Assembly (NCBI GenBank): GCA_964019335.1
Contig: OZ025700.1
Coordinates: forward strand, 459,046-523,045
DNA: 64,000 nucleotides
Origin: Diplonema japonicum
Taxonomy: Eukaryota; Protista; Euglenozoa: Diplonemea
Direction of reading: 5' to 3'
Shown: piece after piece, positions 25,582-35,165 of the stretch
Layout of the letters: every line of letters starts with the position of its first letter
How positions within the stretch are numbered: the first letter of the stretch is position 1
The notes under the pieces: model-generated
What the model saw: the letters and a program-made list of their open reading frames with translations, nothing else
What the model was told of the DNA's origin: nothing
Database searches by the model: none
Program-made: the position numbers and the translations under genes

Positions 25582-27489
25582 TCATGGTGCAGTACAGTCC
25601 ACACTGTAGTACTCTTCAGGCAAGTGGTGCAGCAAGTCGTCCAGTGTAGTCGCAGCAGATAAGCTTTCACGCCTCTTCTCGATAGCAGTGTCGTCTGCAT
25701 GTGTCAGTCGCTTTCGACGCATTCTCTGTGCCTCCACATCGACCTCGGCATTGGCAAAGCGTTGACGTACTTCATGTTGTACGCATCTCTGCACTTGAAG
25801 AGGGACCATTTGGGAGGCATCCGTTCTTTTCATTTGATTGGCCGTGAGACGGTGGTCCATAGTAACTATCCTACTCTTAATAGGGTAAAACGGGCGAGCT
25901 GAGGTTGGTTTCACCTTCGGTCTGACAGGTCTTGCAGCAAGTTGTTTTACTTTCACAGGCGAAGCCGTAACAGTGGCAACAATAATACACAACACAGCGA
26001 CCAAGTACTTTTCTTTGGGCCTCTTGAAGTAGTGTGTTATGGCGTGTTTTGCATCTTCCTCATATCTCCGCAAGCAGTACATCTGGCTCCTTAAAGTCGG
26101 CTTGAAAACAGCTGAAGCGTCAAATTTTTCAATATTGTCGAGCACAGATGCCCACCCTTCCTTCTGCACACCAAGGAGCCGTAGCTTTGCTTCGTCCCAC
26201 GTTCCCTGTCTCGTTTTCGTCAGTGCTTCCATGCGCCTTACGCACCTCTTGATGGCATCCTTTGTGTCCGATCGGTGGTGCTTCATTGTCTTTTTCTCCC
26301 ACCCATTTATGTCGGTGACTCTCTTCCTGATAAGCTTCAACGTGGTATATACTTCTTCCAAGTGGCGCAGGGGATTGTTCTCCGCCGTCACAAGGGTAAC
26401 GCGCTCGATGCAGTTATTGGTCTTCCACGCGAGGGTGTCCCGCATGTCGAGCAGGGGGTTGCGTTTCTTCCGCTCGTTGGCCACTGCCATTAGATTTTCG
26501 AGCTTTGTAGTGAGATCATCCACAGTAGGGGTGGGGTGCAGGATGGCGTGTGTGATCTTCAGGGCCTCCTCCACTGGTGTGGGGTCGTACGACAGCACTT
26601 TCTCGTCTAAATGGCATATCGAACTTATGACATCCTGCAGAGCAGACGTCTTACCAACGAAGTCACTCCAGGTGCCTTCTTCACTATTCATGGATACAAG
26701 AGTGTCAACACAAACGCTGCTTGTGTCCCACAGCAGTTGGTCACTCGAGTCCCCGCCCCTGTGTGATTCGAGCCGTGCACCGACATCACGTTGTACCGTT
26801 TTTATAATATCTGTGATCTTTTTGAGCTCGAGTTTACGCTGCTTGAATTCCTGCTCTTTCGACTCCATGGTGCTGCCCAGTATATTGACACAGTGCGCGG
26901 TGCCCTCCCTAATCTCCATGTTTGTCATTTTAGCCTTGTGTTTCCCCGATAGGATTAGTGCCTCAACGTTCCGCATGGTGTGCATGATATCGTTCAGGTT
27001 TGCTGTCACACTGTGATAGATGCGCTCCCTGTCTCGTGCTAGCTGGTTACGTGTTGTTATGTTCTTCTCTGCGTACTTCGACAGCAGTGCAAACCTATTT
27101 TCGAAAAGCTGCTTCATTTCCTCATGACGTTGCAAGGATTCTGCCTCTTTCCTATCCATTATCTCCTTTTGCTTCAGGAGGTCAAAGTACAGCTGTGTCA
27201 GCAACTTCACTTGCCCCTCGTGTGTGTTCTCGTCCTGCAGCACAACGCTAAATATAAATCTCTCGAAGTTTCTTGTGCTGCTGCCTTCGAAGATGCCCTT
27301 CGTTGTCTCTACCAACTCATGGATCAGTAGTGTAAGCATGCTAAGCGAGTCCCCATGCTTTGCCCTTAGGTCACCCAGTGTCAGGCCCTCATCAACCCAC
27401 TTTTGCAACTTGCCCAACAAGTTCAGTCTCAGATTTGTCTTTGAAGCCTCTGAGGGTTCCTCCGGCGCATCTGAACAAAAGTCTTCCAT
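25582..27489 (-). CDS. Hypothetical coiled-coil protein
   Basis: 635-aa helical ORF on the cluster strand; no recognised domain. Confidence 0.7.
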   Translation of the reverse strand: MEDFCSDAPEEPSEASKTNLRLNLLGKLQKWVDEGLTLGDLRAKHGDSLSMLTLLIHELVETTKGIFEGSSTRNFERFIFSVVLQDENTHEGQVKLLTQLYFDLLKQKEIMDRKEAESLQRHEEMKQLFENRFALLSKYAEKNITTRNQLARDRERIYHSVTANLNDIMHTMRNVEALILSGKHKAKMTNMEIREGTAHCVNILGSTMESKEQEFKQRKLELKKITDIIKTVQRDVGARLESHRGGDSSDQLLWDTSSVCVDTLVSMNSEEGTWSDFVGKTSALQDVISSICHLDEKVLSYDPTPVEEALKITHAILHPTPTVDDLTTKLENLMAVANERKKRNPLLDMRDTLAWKTNNCIERVTLVTAENNPLRHLEEVYTTLKLIRKRVTDINGWEKKTMKHHRSDTKDAIKRCVRRMEALTKTRQGTWDEAKLRLLGVQKEGWASVLDNIEKFDASAVFKPTLRSQMYCLRRYEEDAKHAITHYFKRPKEKYLVAVLCIIVATVTASPVKVKQLAARPVRPKVKPTSARPFYPIKSRIVTMDHRLTANQMKRTDASQMVPLQVQRCVQHEVRQRFANAEVDVEAQRMRRKRLTHADDTAIEKRRESLSAATTLDDLLHHLPEEYYSVDCTAP

Positions 27490-27711
27490 CTGTGGTGCTT
27501 GGAGTGGTACGGTGACATAAGTTAAGGTTTAAATAGGGTGGGGTACGTATGGGTTACAAACAAGGGGGGGGGGGGGGGGGGGTACAATTGGTATCTTACT
27601 TTGCTATGCTTAGAGCAGCTCAGCTAGACGTTGAGAATAAACAAGATGCCCATACTTGGCTTGGGGGACATCAGGGGATGTGGTTTGGTGTAGGGTGAAG
27701 ACGTTAGTCAG

Positions 27712-28651
27712 TTAGTAGTTGATGTACCCGTACCTCGGGCTGTAGGGACGGTAGTACAAGGCAGCGTCTCTGGCAGCCTGGCGCTGGCGGTACTCGGCAT
27801 CAAGCCTGGCCCTCTCAGCGTTATAAGAAGTGTAGTAGCTGCGGATCTCAGTTTCACGCTTGGCACGCGCAGATGCTAGATCGGCCTGAACCAGGGCACT
27901 ATAGTAGGGTTTGTCGGTGTAGGCACCACGGTTACGGTAGTACAAGCTGTCGACAACTGACGGGTACAGGCTGGAGAAGCGTACCCACTCGTCGTAGCTA
28001 TAAGGCGTTGTTGTCGAATGCAGTGCATACCTCATGTTGCCTGTGCGGTTGTAGTAGTCACCGATGTAAGCATGGGTGTACGGGATGTCGTACCTGTTGA
28101 AGTGGTCCTTGAGCGTGTCATAAGTGATGTATCTCTGTATATAATATATTGTGCAGCTAGCGACATACGTTGTGCGCGGTGTCCATTGAATAGAACACGC
28201 TTCGAAGTTTCTCAGACATGACAGGGTCACGGATGCCCGCCTCCTCCACGGCACGGGCACGGGCAGGGGAGCCCAACCAAGACTCAGGAGAGTACTTGGG
28301 TTGGGGAATGCTACCTGGAGCCTCGCTGTGGCTTAGGGACTCGGGCTGGAAGCACCAAATCTGTAGTAGAGTAATTTAAGTTGCACATTAGCACACCTGA
28401 CCGCCGTTGCGCAGCTGGCTGGAGCTGTAGAGGTCGACCCAGCGAAGGAGCACGTCGTCATAGACCTGCACGGTTTGGAGCTTGTAGGACACATCAGGGA
28501 CACCAGCTGGCCTGCGAATGCGCTGCTCCTTGTCAAAGTGAGCTTCGGCAGTGGTAATAAGCTCAGACATGGTAGGGCAGCTCACGAACTCCAGACGGGT
28601 GTTCTGCTTTACGCCGAACAAGTCAGTTCCGACATCAAGGAAGAAGGCCAT
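27712..28651 (-). CDS. BILBO1-like protein; join(27712..28134,28169..28360,28397..28651)
   Basis: MAFFLDVGTDLFGVK..PTMSEL..RRPAGVP..YDDVLLRWVDL..Q|IWCFQP resembles the BILBO1 N-terminal domain. EKLRSVFYSMD and YPSVVDSLYYR resemble its EF-hand region. Two in-frame introns of 36 and 34 nt. Confidence 0.8.
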
Positions 28652-28764
28652 TGTTAAAGCTGAAGTAACATTTTAGGGCAGTAGGTAGTAAATAAAACAA
28701 AAACACCAGCCCGAAACAAAAACACTGGTTTGTTTAATACAGATGAAAGAACGGATGGGGAAGC

Positions 28765-29436
28765 CTACATGGTGGGAGCTGCAGTGGGGAGTTTAGAACC
28801 ATTTTGAACCATAGTGAAGGCATCGTCACCCCTACCACGGTTGAAAGCACCAAAGCGTTGGGGCCTGGCCCGCCCCGGTCTGTCGAATGCCTCCTTATCA
28901 GTTGGTGCAACGCCCCCAATCCTGGGGTCGGTATCTCTTCTGCCCACGACATGTGATCTGATAGTGTTCCCAAAGCCGCTGTAGTAGTGATATTTTGAAT
29001 ACTGACATACAACGTGGCCGGTGAATAGCTGACGACATTCGGCTCATGAGTGAGGTTGTCAGCGCCGCCTCTCGGTGCGTAGTTCATGCCATACTCTACA
29101 AGTGTCTTCATAGCAGTCTCAACCTCTTCCTCCGAGGCATTGTACAAAGCGATGGACCTTGTGTGGCCCTGGGCTGTGTTCGATGTCTGTTGCGCCTCTC
29201 AGCATACCATAGGTCATCGACACATGTGGGTTGTTGGTCAGCACTTCCCTGCACGTGAATTTCCATCCAGGGTTCAGCTGCACCACATCATGGAAGTTGC
29301 TTTTGAGCCATGACCTGTGTAATTATTGCATTGTCTTTTCTGCATACGTCATCCCATGGCTGTGCGCCTCATTGGGATGGAATAAGAATTTCGCCCCTTG
29401 AGGGACTGAATGAGAGCAGAAGGCTCTCCAAGACAT
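28765..29436 (-). CDS. NDUFA2: Complex I subunit B8/NDUFA2-like; introns 29315-29347, 29174-29207, 28979-29010
   Basis: Spliced translation MSWRAFCSHSVPQGAKFLFHPNEAHSHGMTSWLKSNFHDVVQLNPGWKFTCREVLTNNPHVSMTYAQGHTRSIALYNASEEEVETAMKTLVEYGMN fits the L51/S25/CI-B8 pattern. Confidence 0.75.
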
Positions 29437-29513
29437 CTTCAAGCACTGTAATGTGATAAGCAAAGTGACACTGAAAAAAGATGAGATATACAACTCTAAG
29501 TTAACATTAGCTT

Positions 29514-31877
29514 CTATCTCGCAGGAGTGCGAAAGGGGGAAAAGGGAACTGTACTATCTGCTCTGATAGGTTCAGGAGAGCCCAAGTGGCGTGGAGAAAG
29601 GCCCCTGTATTGTTTGGACGGTGTCACCTGTTTCAGTTTTGTCAGCAGCTTGTCACCTACTACCTGCGGCCTGTTGGTGTCTGGGTAGTAATGGTACGAG
29701 GAAATCCCCAGATGAAGCTTCTCGTACTCTGTGAAGTAGTTAGCTACGATGTAGACCGCCTTATCATCTAAAAGCTGCAAAGATTCTTGCACTGCACGAA
29801 TAAGTACAGGTTCTTTGTCCTGTTGCTTGTTCTTCAGGCTATCTGTGAGCTGTTTCAGGTCCTGCTTGACCCTCTTTACCTGATCATTGAGAAACCAAAT
29901 GGCAGTCACGAGCTCACCTCTACTACTGATCACAAACTGGAATATTGTATACTGGTCCTCAAGTGTTTTGTTGTTCATCCTCTCACCTTCTAAAGCTTCA
30001 TGCAGCTGTGAGAGCTGTCCCTTCAATTTCATCACCATCTCCTCACTATCCATTCCGTACGACCTCTCGTAAGTGGCCCTGTTCATCAGCTCCTCACGTT
30101 CCCTTCGCAGTAGCTCCACTTCGTTTCGCGCTAGCACGGCAGCATCAGCCACCGATCGCTTGTCTGCAGCTTCTGTTTCGATGACCTTGATAGCCGTCTC
30201 CAAGTCGCCTGTTACTTTGTTTGCCTTTGACTTCTGCGTGTCCCTTGAGGTTGTCAGCTCAGTTATCTCATTCGTCTTCACCAACAGTGTCTCTTTCAGA
30301 TTCTTAACGTTTCCCTCAAGCATGGCCACTTGGTTTTCCAGCTTTGCAGTTGTCGCCTTATGTGTGGTCAGTGTTTTGTCCATCTCCTTCTTCTCCGAAT
30401 CAATCTTTTTCAGCTGGACGTCCTTGCGCAGCACCTCATCCTTGCTGTCTGTGAGCTGTTTTGTGAATGATTGTACGGATTTCGTCTTGTCCGCGAGGCG
30501 CTGATCCAGCTGTTTCACCTTTGAGTTTAGTACCTCCACCTCTTTTACTCTTTTTTCACATTCTAGTTTCAAAGTTTTGAACTTCTTCTCATCTTCACTC
30601 AACGTTGTTTCCTTTCTTCTAATCTCCTGTTCGGCTTCGAGCAACTTGACTTCAAGAGCACCATTTTTTTCTAAAAGCGTCCTATTGGCTGCCTCTGCCT
30701 CCGCCAGTCTCGTCTTCATTGCTGATAGTTCCTTCTGAATGAGGCTCTTCTCGCCCGCTATGTCTTCTTTCTCCTTTCTGGCAGTCATGGTGCGTTCTTC
30801 TGCAATATTCGTTTTTTCTCTTGCCTCTTTCATCATAAATTCCACACGTGCAGCATGTGCACTTGCTTCCTTGTTGTTATTCTCAGCCTCTACTACCTTT
30901 CTACCTAGATTGTCTGCATCCTGCAGTGCTCTACTAAGAACCTCTGGGGCTTCATCCAGAAACCCGTTTAGCTCCAATAACACCGCGCACCTGTCTGCAC
31001 TATAGCTCCATAATTTAGCCGTCGTCGACTGCACGCCCTGCAGCAGCCTGACGGGTGCTGCGTGTTGTGGGAGATGTGCCAACATCCCATGCATAGGGGG
31101 GGCAAATGCTTTTTCAGCTGCATTCCAGACAATGATGTCACCATTCGCACCCCCCGATAAGATGCATCCACTGGACCCTGTGAGTGACACAGAACTGTCA
31201 CCGCTCCTCTCAGGAGCATAGTGTTGCGTCAATGTAGCGAGTGGTTCCAACTTGGCAGCACTGGCATCCAACACAGTGACCCTGCCATCACCCGCCCCCA
31301 CCCACATTGTGTTCGCCTTCCATGACCACAGCAGTGACGACACGCGCGTCTTGTGCACTTTCTGTACTATCATTCCGTGCGGACAATCAACAGGAACACT
31401 CGCAACATGTCCTGCCTCGGTCCCTAGGTAGAGAACACCTGGCCTTGCGGCGAGGCACGTGACAGGCGACGCAGCAGAACACAAAGAAGAGATGTTGTTA
31501 CCTATGAGATACACTTGACCGCTTTCACACCCAGCAAACAGATCGACGCCGTACTTGATGGCGCACGTCACGCTGTCGCTGGTTAAGGTTTGATTCAGGT
31601 CGTACTCACGCTTCAGTGCGAAGGTGGCTTTGCAGTAAAGACGCAGTCTGCCGTCAGTGCATGCGACGCACATGCAGTCATCCGACAGAACAAGTGAGTT
31701 CGCAAACACGCCACTACCCAGCTTCAGTGTGCAGACCGCCTTGCCTGTGTGTGGGTCCCGTACTGTAATAGTACTGCTCCTATCGCCGGCCCACAAGTGT
31801 GTTCCCGACGAACCTAAACATCTAAAGTCGTATTTGCCAAGTTTGCAGAGAGGCGTCACGTGGCAAGGATCATTCAT
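29514..31877 (-). CDS. WD40-repeat plus long coiled-coil protein
   Basis: N-terminal WD-like repeats (LWAGDR, MWVGAGDG, ILSGGANGDIIVWN), then heptad-rich C-terminal half. Confidence 0.8.
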   Translation of the reverse strand: MNDPCHVTPLCKLGKYDFRCLGSSGTHLWAGDRSSTITVRDPHTGKAVCTLKLGSGVFANSLVLSDDCMCVACTDGRLRLYCKATFALKREYDLNQTLTSDSVTCAIKYGVDLFAGCESGQVYLIGNNISSLCSAASPVTCLAARPGVLYLGTEAGHVASVPVDCPHGMIVQKVHKTRVSSLLWSWKANTMWVGAGDGRVTVLDASAAKLEPLATLTQHYAPERSGDSSVSLTGSSGCILSGGANGDIIVWNAAEKAFAPPMHGMLAHLPQHAAPVRLLQGVQSTTAKLWSYSADRCAVLLELNGFLDEAPEVLSRALQDADNLGRKVVEAENNNKEASAHAARVEFMMKEAREKTNIAEERTMTARKEKEDIAGEKSLIQKELSAMKTRLAEAEAANRTLLEKNGALEVKLLEAEQEIRRKETTLSEDEKKFKTLKLECEKRVKEVEVLNSKVKQLDQRLADKTKSVQSFTKQLTDSKDEVLRKDVQLKKIDSEKKEMDKTLTTHKATTAKLENQVAMLEGNVKNLKETLLVKTNEITELTTSRDTQKSKANKVTGDLETAIKVIETEAADKRSVADAAVLARNEVELLRREREELMNRATYERSYGMDSEEMVMKLKGQLSQLHEALEGERMNNKTLEDQYTIFQFVISSRGELVTAIWFLNDQVKRVKQDLKQLTDSLKNKQQDKEPVLIRAVQESLQLLDDKAVYIVANYFTEYEKLHLGISSYHYYPDTNRPQVVGDKLLTKLKQVTPSKQYRGLSPRHLGSPEPIRADSTVPFSPFRTPAR

Positions 31878-31928
31878 GGTGTCTGTGAAGGTGAATATGG
31901 ATAAACGTGCAATATGGATAAAACGCAA

Positions 31929-32579
31929 CTATAAAACATTGCAGCAGTGCGATTTTGCACGCTCTCTCTCCTCCATGGTGTGTATATACCAGAAAGTGAC
32001 TGCGGATTCAAATTCTTTAACATCTAGGAAGCCGTGCTGCTTTGTATCGGCAAACCACATAACATGTTGCACCTCTTGGTCCGTAGGGTAAATGCCTGAG
32101 TTGAGGTCAGCCATCATCTCTCGCAGCTCCTCAGACCGTATGACACCCTCGTCTGCTTTGTCATATCGAGCGAAGGTTTCAAAAACGAGCTGCTTCTCTT
32201 TCGTATCCAGTTGGTTTGCTGCTGTCGAGAGACAGCGCTTTGTTGCTTTTACTGCCTGCATGCGACGCTCGGACACTTCAGAAGGAAACATGAGAATTGT
32301 GGTGCGAGTGTTAATATACCAGTGCTGCACACACCGGAAGAACATCGCGAGGTCTAGCGTCTTCCCTCCCGGAGCTAGGCTCTCAAAGTACTCCATCACC
32401 AGTTTCTCATCTTCCTTCTTCGGTGCGATGCCAGAGTTCACTTCGCACATCAAAGCAGAGACATGCGAAGTGTCGATGGCCTTGTCCTCCCCCTCCATCT
32501 GTTGAAAAACAGTTCTGAGGAATTCCTTTTCTTGTTCGCTTAAGGAACCCGATTTTTGCGTTTCCGTAGCGGCCTCCAT
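31929..32579 (-). CDS. EF-hand (calmodulin/centrin-like) protein ending CCNVL; probable extra upstream exon
   Basis: DKADEGVIRSEEL and DTKQHGFLDVKEF loops in a two-lobe repeat. A ~30-nt GTATGC..GCAG intron just upstream links to the ORF ending GISARR. Confidence 0.8.
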   Translation of the reverse strand: MEAATETQKSGSLSEQEKEFLRTVFQQMEGEDKAIDTSHVSALMCEVNSGIAPKKEDEKLVMEYFESLAPGGKTLDLAMFFRCVQHWYINTRTTILMFPSEVSERRMQAVKATKRCLSTAANQLDTKEKQLVFETFARYDKADEGVIRSEELREMMADLNSGIYPTDQEVQHVMWFADTKQHGFLDVKEFESAVTFWYIHTMEERERAKSHCCNVL

Positions 32580-32987
32580 TCTGCAAGCAGTTTAACAGAA
32601 CTCAGCATACCTTCTCGCAGAAATTCCATTGCCAAAGGTTTCATCTTCAGCCTGACATTTCCTCTCCGCAGTATGCGTCTGTGATTGTTCATGTTGCCGC
32701 TTTTCCATACTTCTGTTCCGTTCATGTTTGCGCTGTTTATCTCCATGACATCTTTTGACAAAGCCTGTGATGCTATGGCGCCAAGCAACAGCAACAGTAA
32801 AAAATACGACTACAGTGTAGGCCTCAGGACGAGCTCCAACATACGGTCGAGTGTGTAGACAGCAAATAAAAAAAAGACACGAGTAGTGGTGCGATCGCAG
32901 CGAGTAATGTATAAAACATGCAGTGCATTGTGGTCTGCAATTACTTTCAAAAGTAACTATTAAGCTACTCTCGCTGGAAGCTGTTTG

Positions 32988-33028
<41 letters not shown>

Positions 33029-33030
<2 letters not shown>

Positions 33031-33168
33031 CTTACGCCCTGGGGCTCACAACAGTTTCGTAATGCGGGGAAGTCGCCGAGGTAGCAAACATCACGGATGC
33101 GCCTCGCAGAGGCATCGGCCTCCACACGAGCCGTCGACCCCAGTTTATCACAGGTGCGTGATACCATT
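33029..33168 (-). pseudogene. Deleted copy of the Tyr-rich gene followed by a poly(A) tract
   Basis: Keeps TARVEADASARRIRDV and degraded ends. About 42 T on the + strand (~32987-33028) abut its 3' end. Confidence 0.7.
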
Positions 33169-33424
33169 TCACTCGTGTGGAGTTCCTAGTCTTTTAAAGT
33201 GACTGTTACATTCAACAAAAGAAGCTAGACAGCTTATGTGGATAGGGTTATGCTGCTAGGTTTAGAAGTGATGTTCACCAAGGTGTCCTCAGGAACGGCA
33301 TCGTGCTTCACGGGTGCCGTCACAAGAGAGGTAGGCATGCTAGTTTGCAAAGAGCTTAGATAAGGCTATACAGCAGCATGGCGGCGCTAATGTTACAAGG
33401 CTAGACTGCAGCAGCAGTTATTAC

Positions 33425-34069
33425 TTACTCCAGAAAGGAGTACCACATGCCAAGAGGCAAGATGGTATGGTTAATAGTGTTTTTAGTAGTAACAAAGATA
33501 GAGGCGGATGGATCATTGGGAGATAGATGGTAGGTTAGTGTACAAACGGGCAAGGGCTGTTGTTTGAGCTGCTCAGCTGTTTGGAGGGAGAGCGGAGCGG
33601 GGGGCGGGGTGCTGATGTAGAACTGAGCGTCAACGGCGGCGTAGAAGGTGTCGTAGTCTTCGACTTCAATGTAGACATCGAACTCTATCATGTTGAGGAA
33701 CAACCTCTCCAGCTCGTTGAACTGCTTGAGGTCGACGCCCCCCGCCTGTGCGTAGTAACTGTTTGCGTAGTAGAAGTCGCTCCTCGTCTTCACCGACACC
33801 ACCAACGCGACCAGGAACATCCGGTGGAAGCTCGTCTTGCTCAGCCTGCACTCCGGGTACCTATACACCAACCTGTCCAACAGCATCACAGCCATCACCA
33901 CGTCCTCCTCCTGCGTCGCACAGTACTTCAACAACCTCAACGTGTACTCCCTCACCGTAATCGCCGCGTTCCCCTCAAACGGGTTCTGCACATTCCCCTC
34001 CACCCCCTCGCTGTACATCTCCATCATCGCCACCATGCCCTTCGCGAAGCGCGGACACACAGCCATCAT
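33425..34069 (-). CDS. PHO80/U-type cyclin, copy 2
   Basis: Nearly nucleotide-identical to copy 1 from VCPRF to LKQQ; different N- and C-termini. 3' end uncertain. Confidence 0.8.
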   Translation of the reverse strand: MMAVCPRFAKGMVAMMEMYSEGVEGNVQNPFEGNAAITVREYTLRLLKYCATQEEDVVMAVMLLDRLVYRYPECRLSKTSFHRMFLVALVVSVKTRSDFYYANSYYAQAGGVDLKQFNELERLFLNMIEFDVYIEVEDYDTFYAAVDAQFYISTPPPAPLSLQTAEQLKQQPLPVCTLTYHLSPNDPSASIFVTTKNTINHTILPLGMWYSFLE

Positions 34070-35165
34070 GAATGACCACCCAAGTGTAACCCGATCTAGA
34101 AATAGTAATGTGAATACTGTTTTCTGTCATTCAGTTAACTTCAATAAAACTACTAACTTTTCTTTTCTTTTATTGTTTAGCACCCTTCAATCGAGGCAAG
34201 TAAGCTCCTTATCCTAAAAGGCCATTGTTTGTGAACTCCATTTATGTTTTTTTTCTTCTTCTTTCTTTCTTTTTTGTTTCCTTTCTTTTTTTAAGATTTC
34301 AATATCAAAGAGATTTTCTAACTGCAAACGAGAGCCATGTTTGCCAGTAGCAAAATTGTTTTTTTTTTTTTTTTCCCTTTTCCTTTACCCTTTCCCTTTT
34401 TTTCGTTGTCTAAATAAAAAAAAATATAAAAAGAAACGACCGGAACAAAAACACCACAAAAAAAAGAGAACGTTATTCTTTATTGTGCGAAATAGTTACA
34501 AATTTTACCTAATAAAGAAATAATTTGTAACATGTAACACTGCCTACATTCTTTTTCGATAGCCACAATATTTTGATCATCAAAAAAACAGGGGGGGGGG
34601 AGGGGGGGGGGGGGCGTTTTGTGGGGAGTTTTGTTGCAGTGACGAATGAGCGATTGAGTGAACGGACGGCCGAAGATGAACGCCAATCAGATGAATCAAA
34701 ACAAGGACAAGGGCCCTGAAAAAACTCGCCAGTGTGTTTTATGCGTTGTCGGGGAAAGCACGTGCAAACCTTTGCTTCTGCGAACCAAGTAAAGTTTGCT
34801 TTGTCAGGTGTGCTTCAAGGAGTCCAAAATAGATCCACAAAAACCCCAGCCGACGAGCAGGAGAAAAAAAACACCAATAGGTATTTATTCACATGGCTCC
34901 CCTCAACTGGGAATAGAGCAACCATATGTACTATAACATGCTTCGAAGATGTTTAATTTCTTTTCTTCTGATGGGCCGTCTCGCAACAGGCATTCCTGTG
35001 ATGCCGCAGTACCACACAGCGTGTTGCCATTTCTTTGCATTTAGCTTTGTCAGGCATAACTAAAAGAAACAGGCACGCACGTCTGATTTATGTCTAAACA
35101 CGCAAAGCGTAACAGGGTTCCGTAACAGGGTTAGAGTGGTAGAAAGTGTTGTTAGAAGTTGACGC

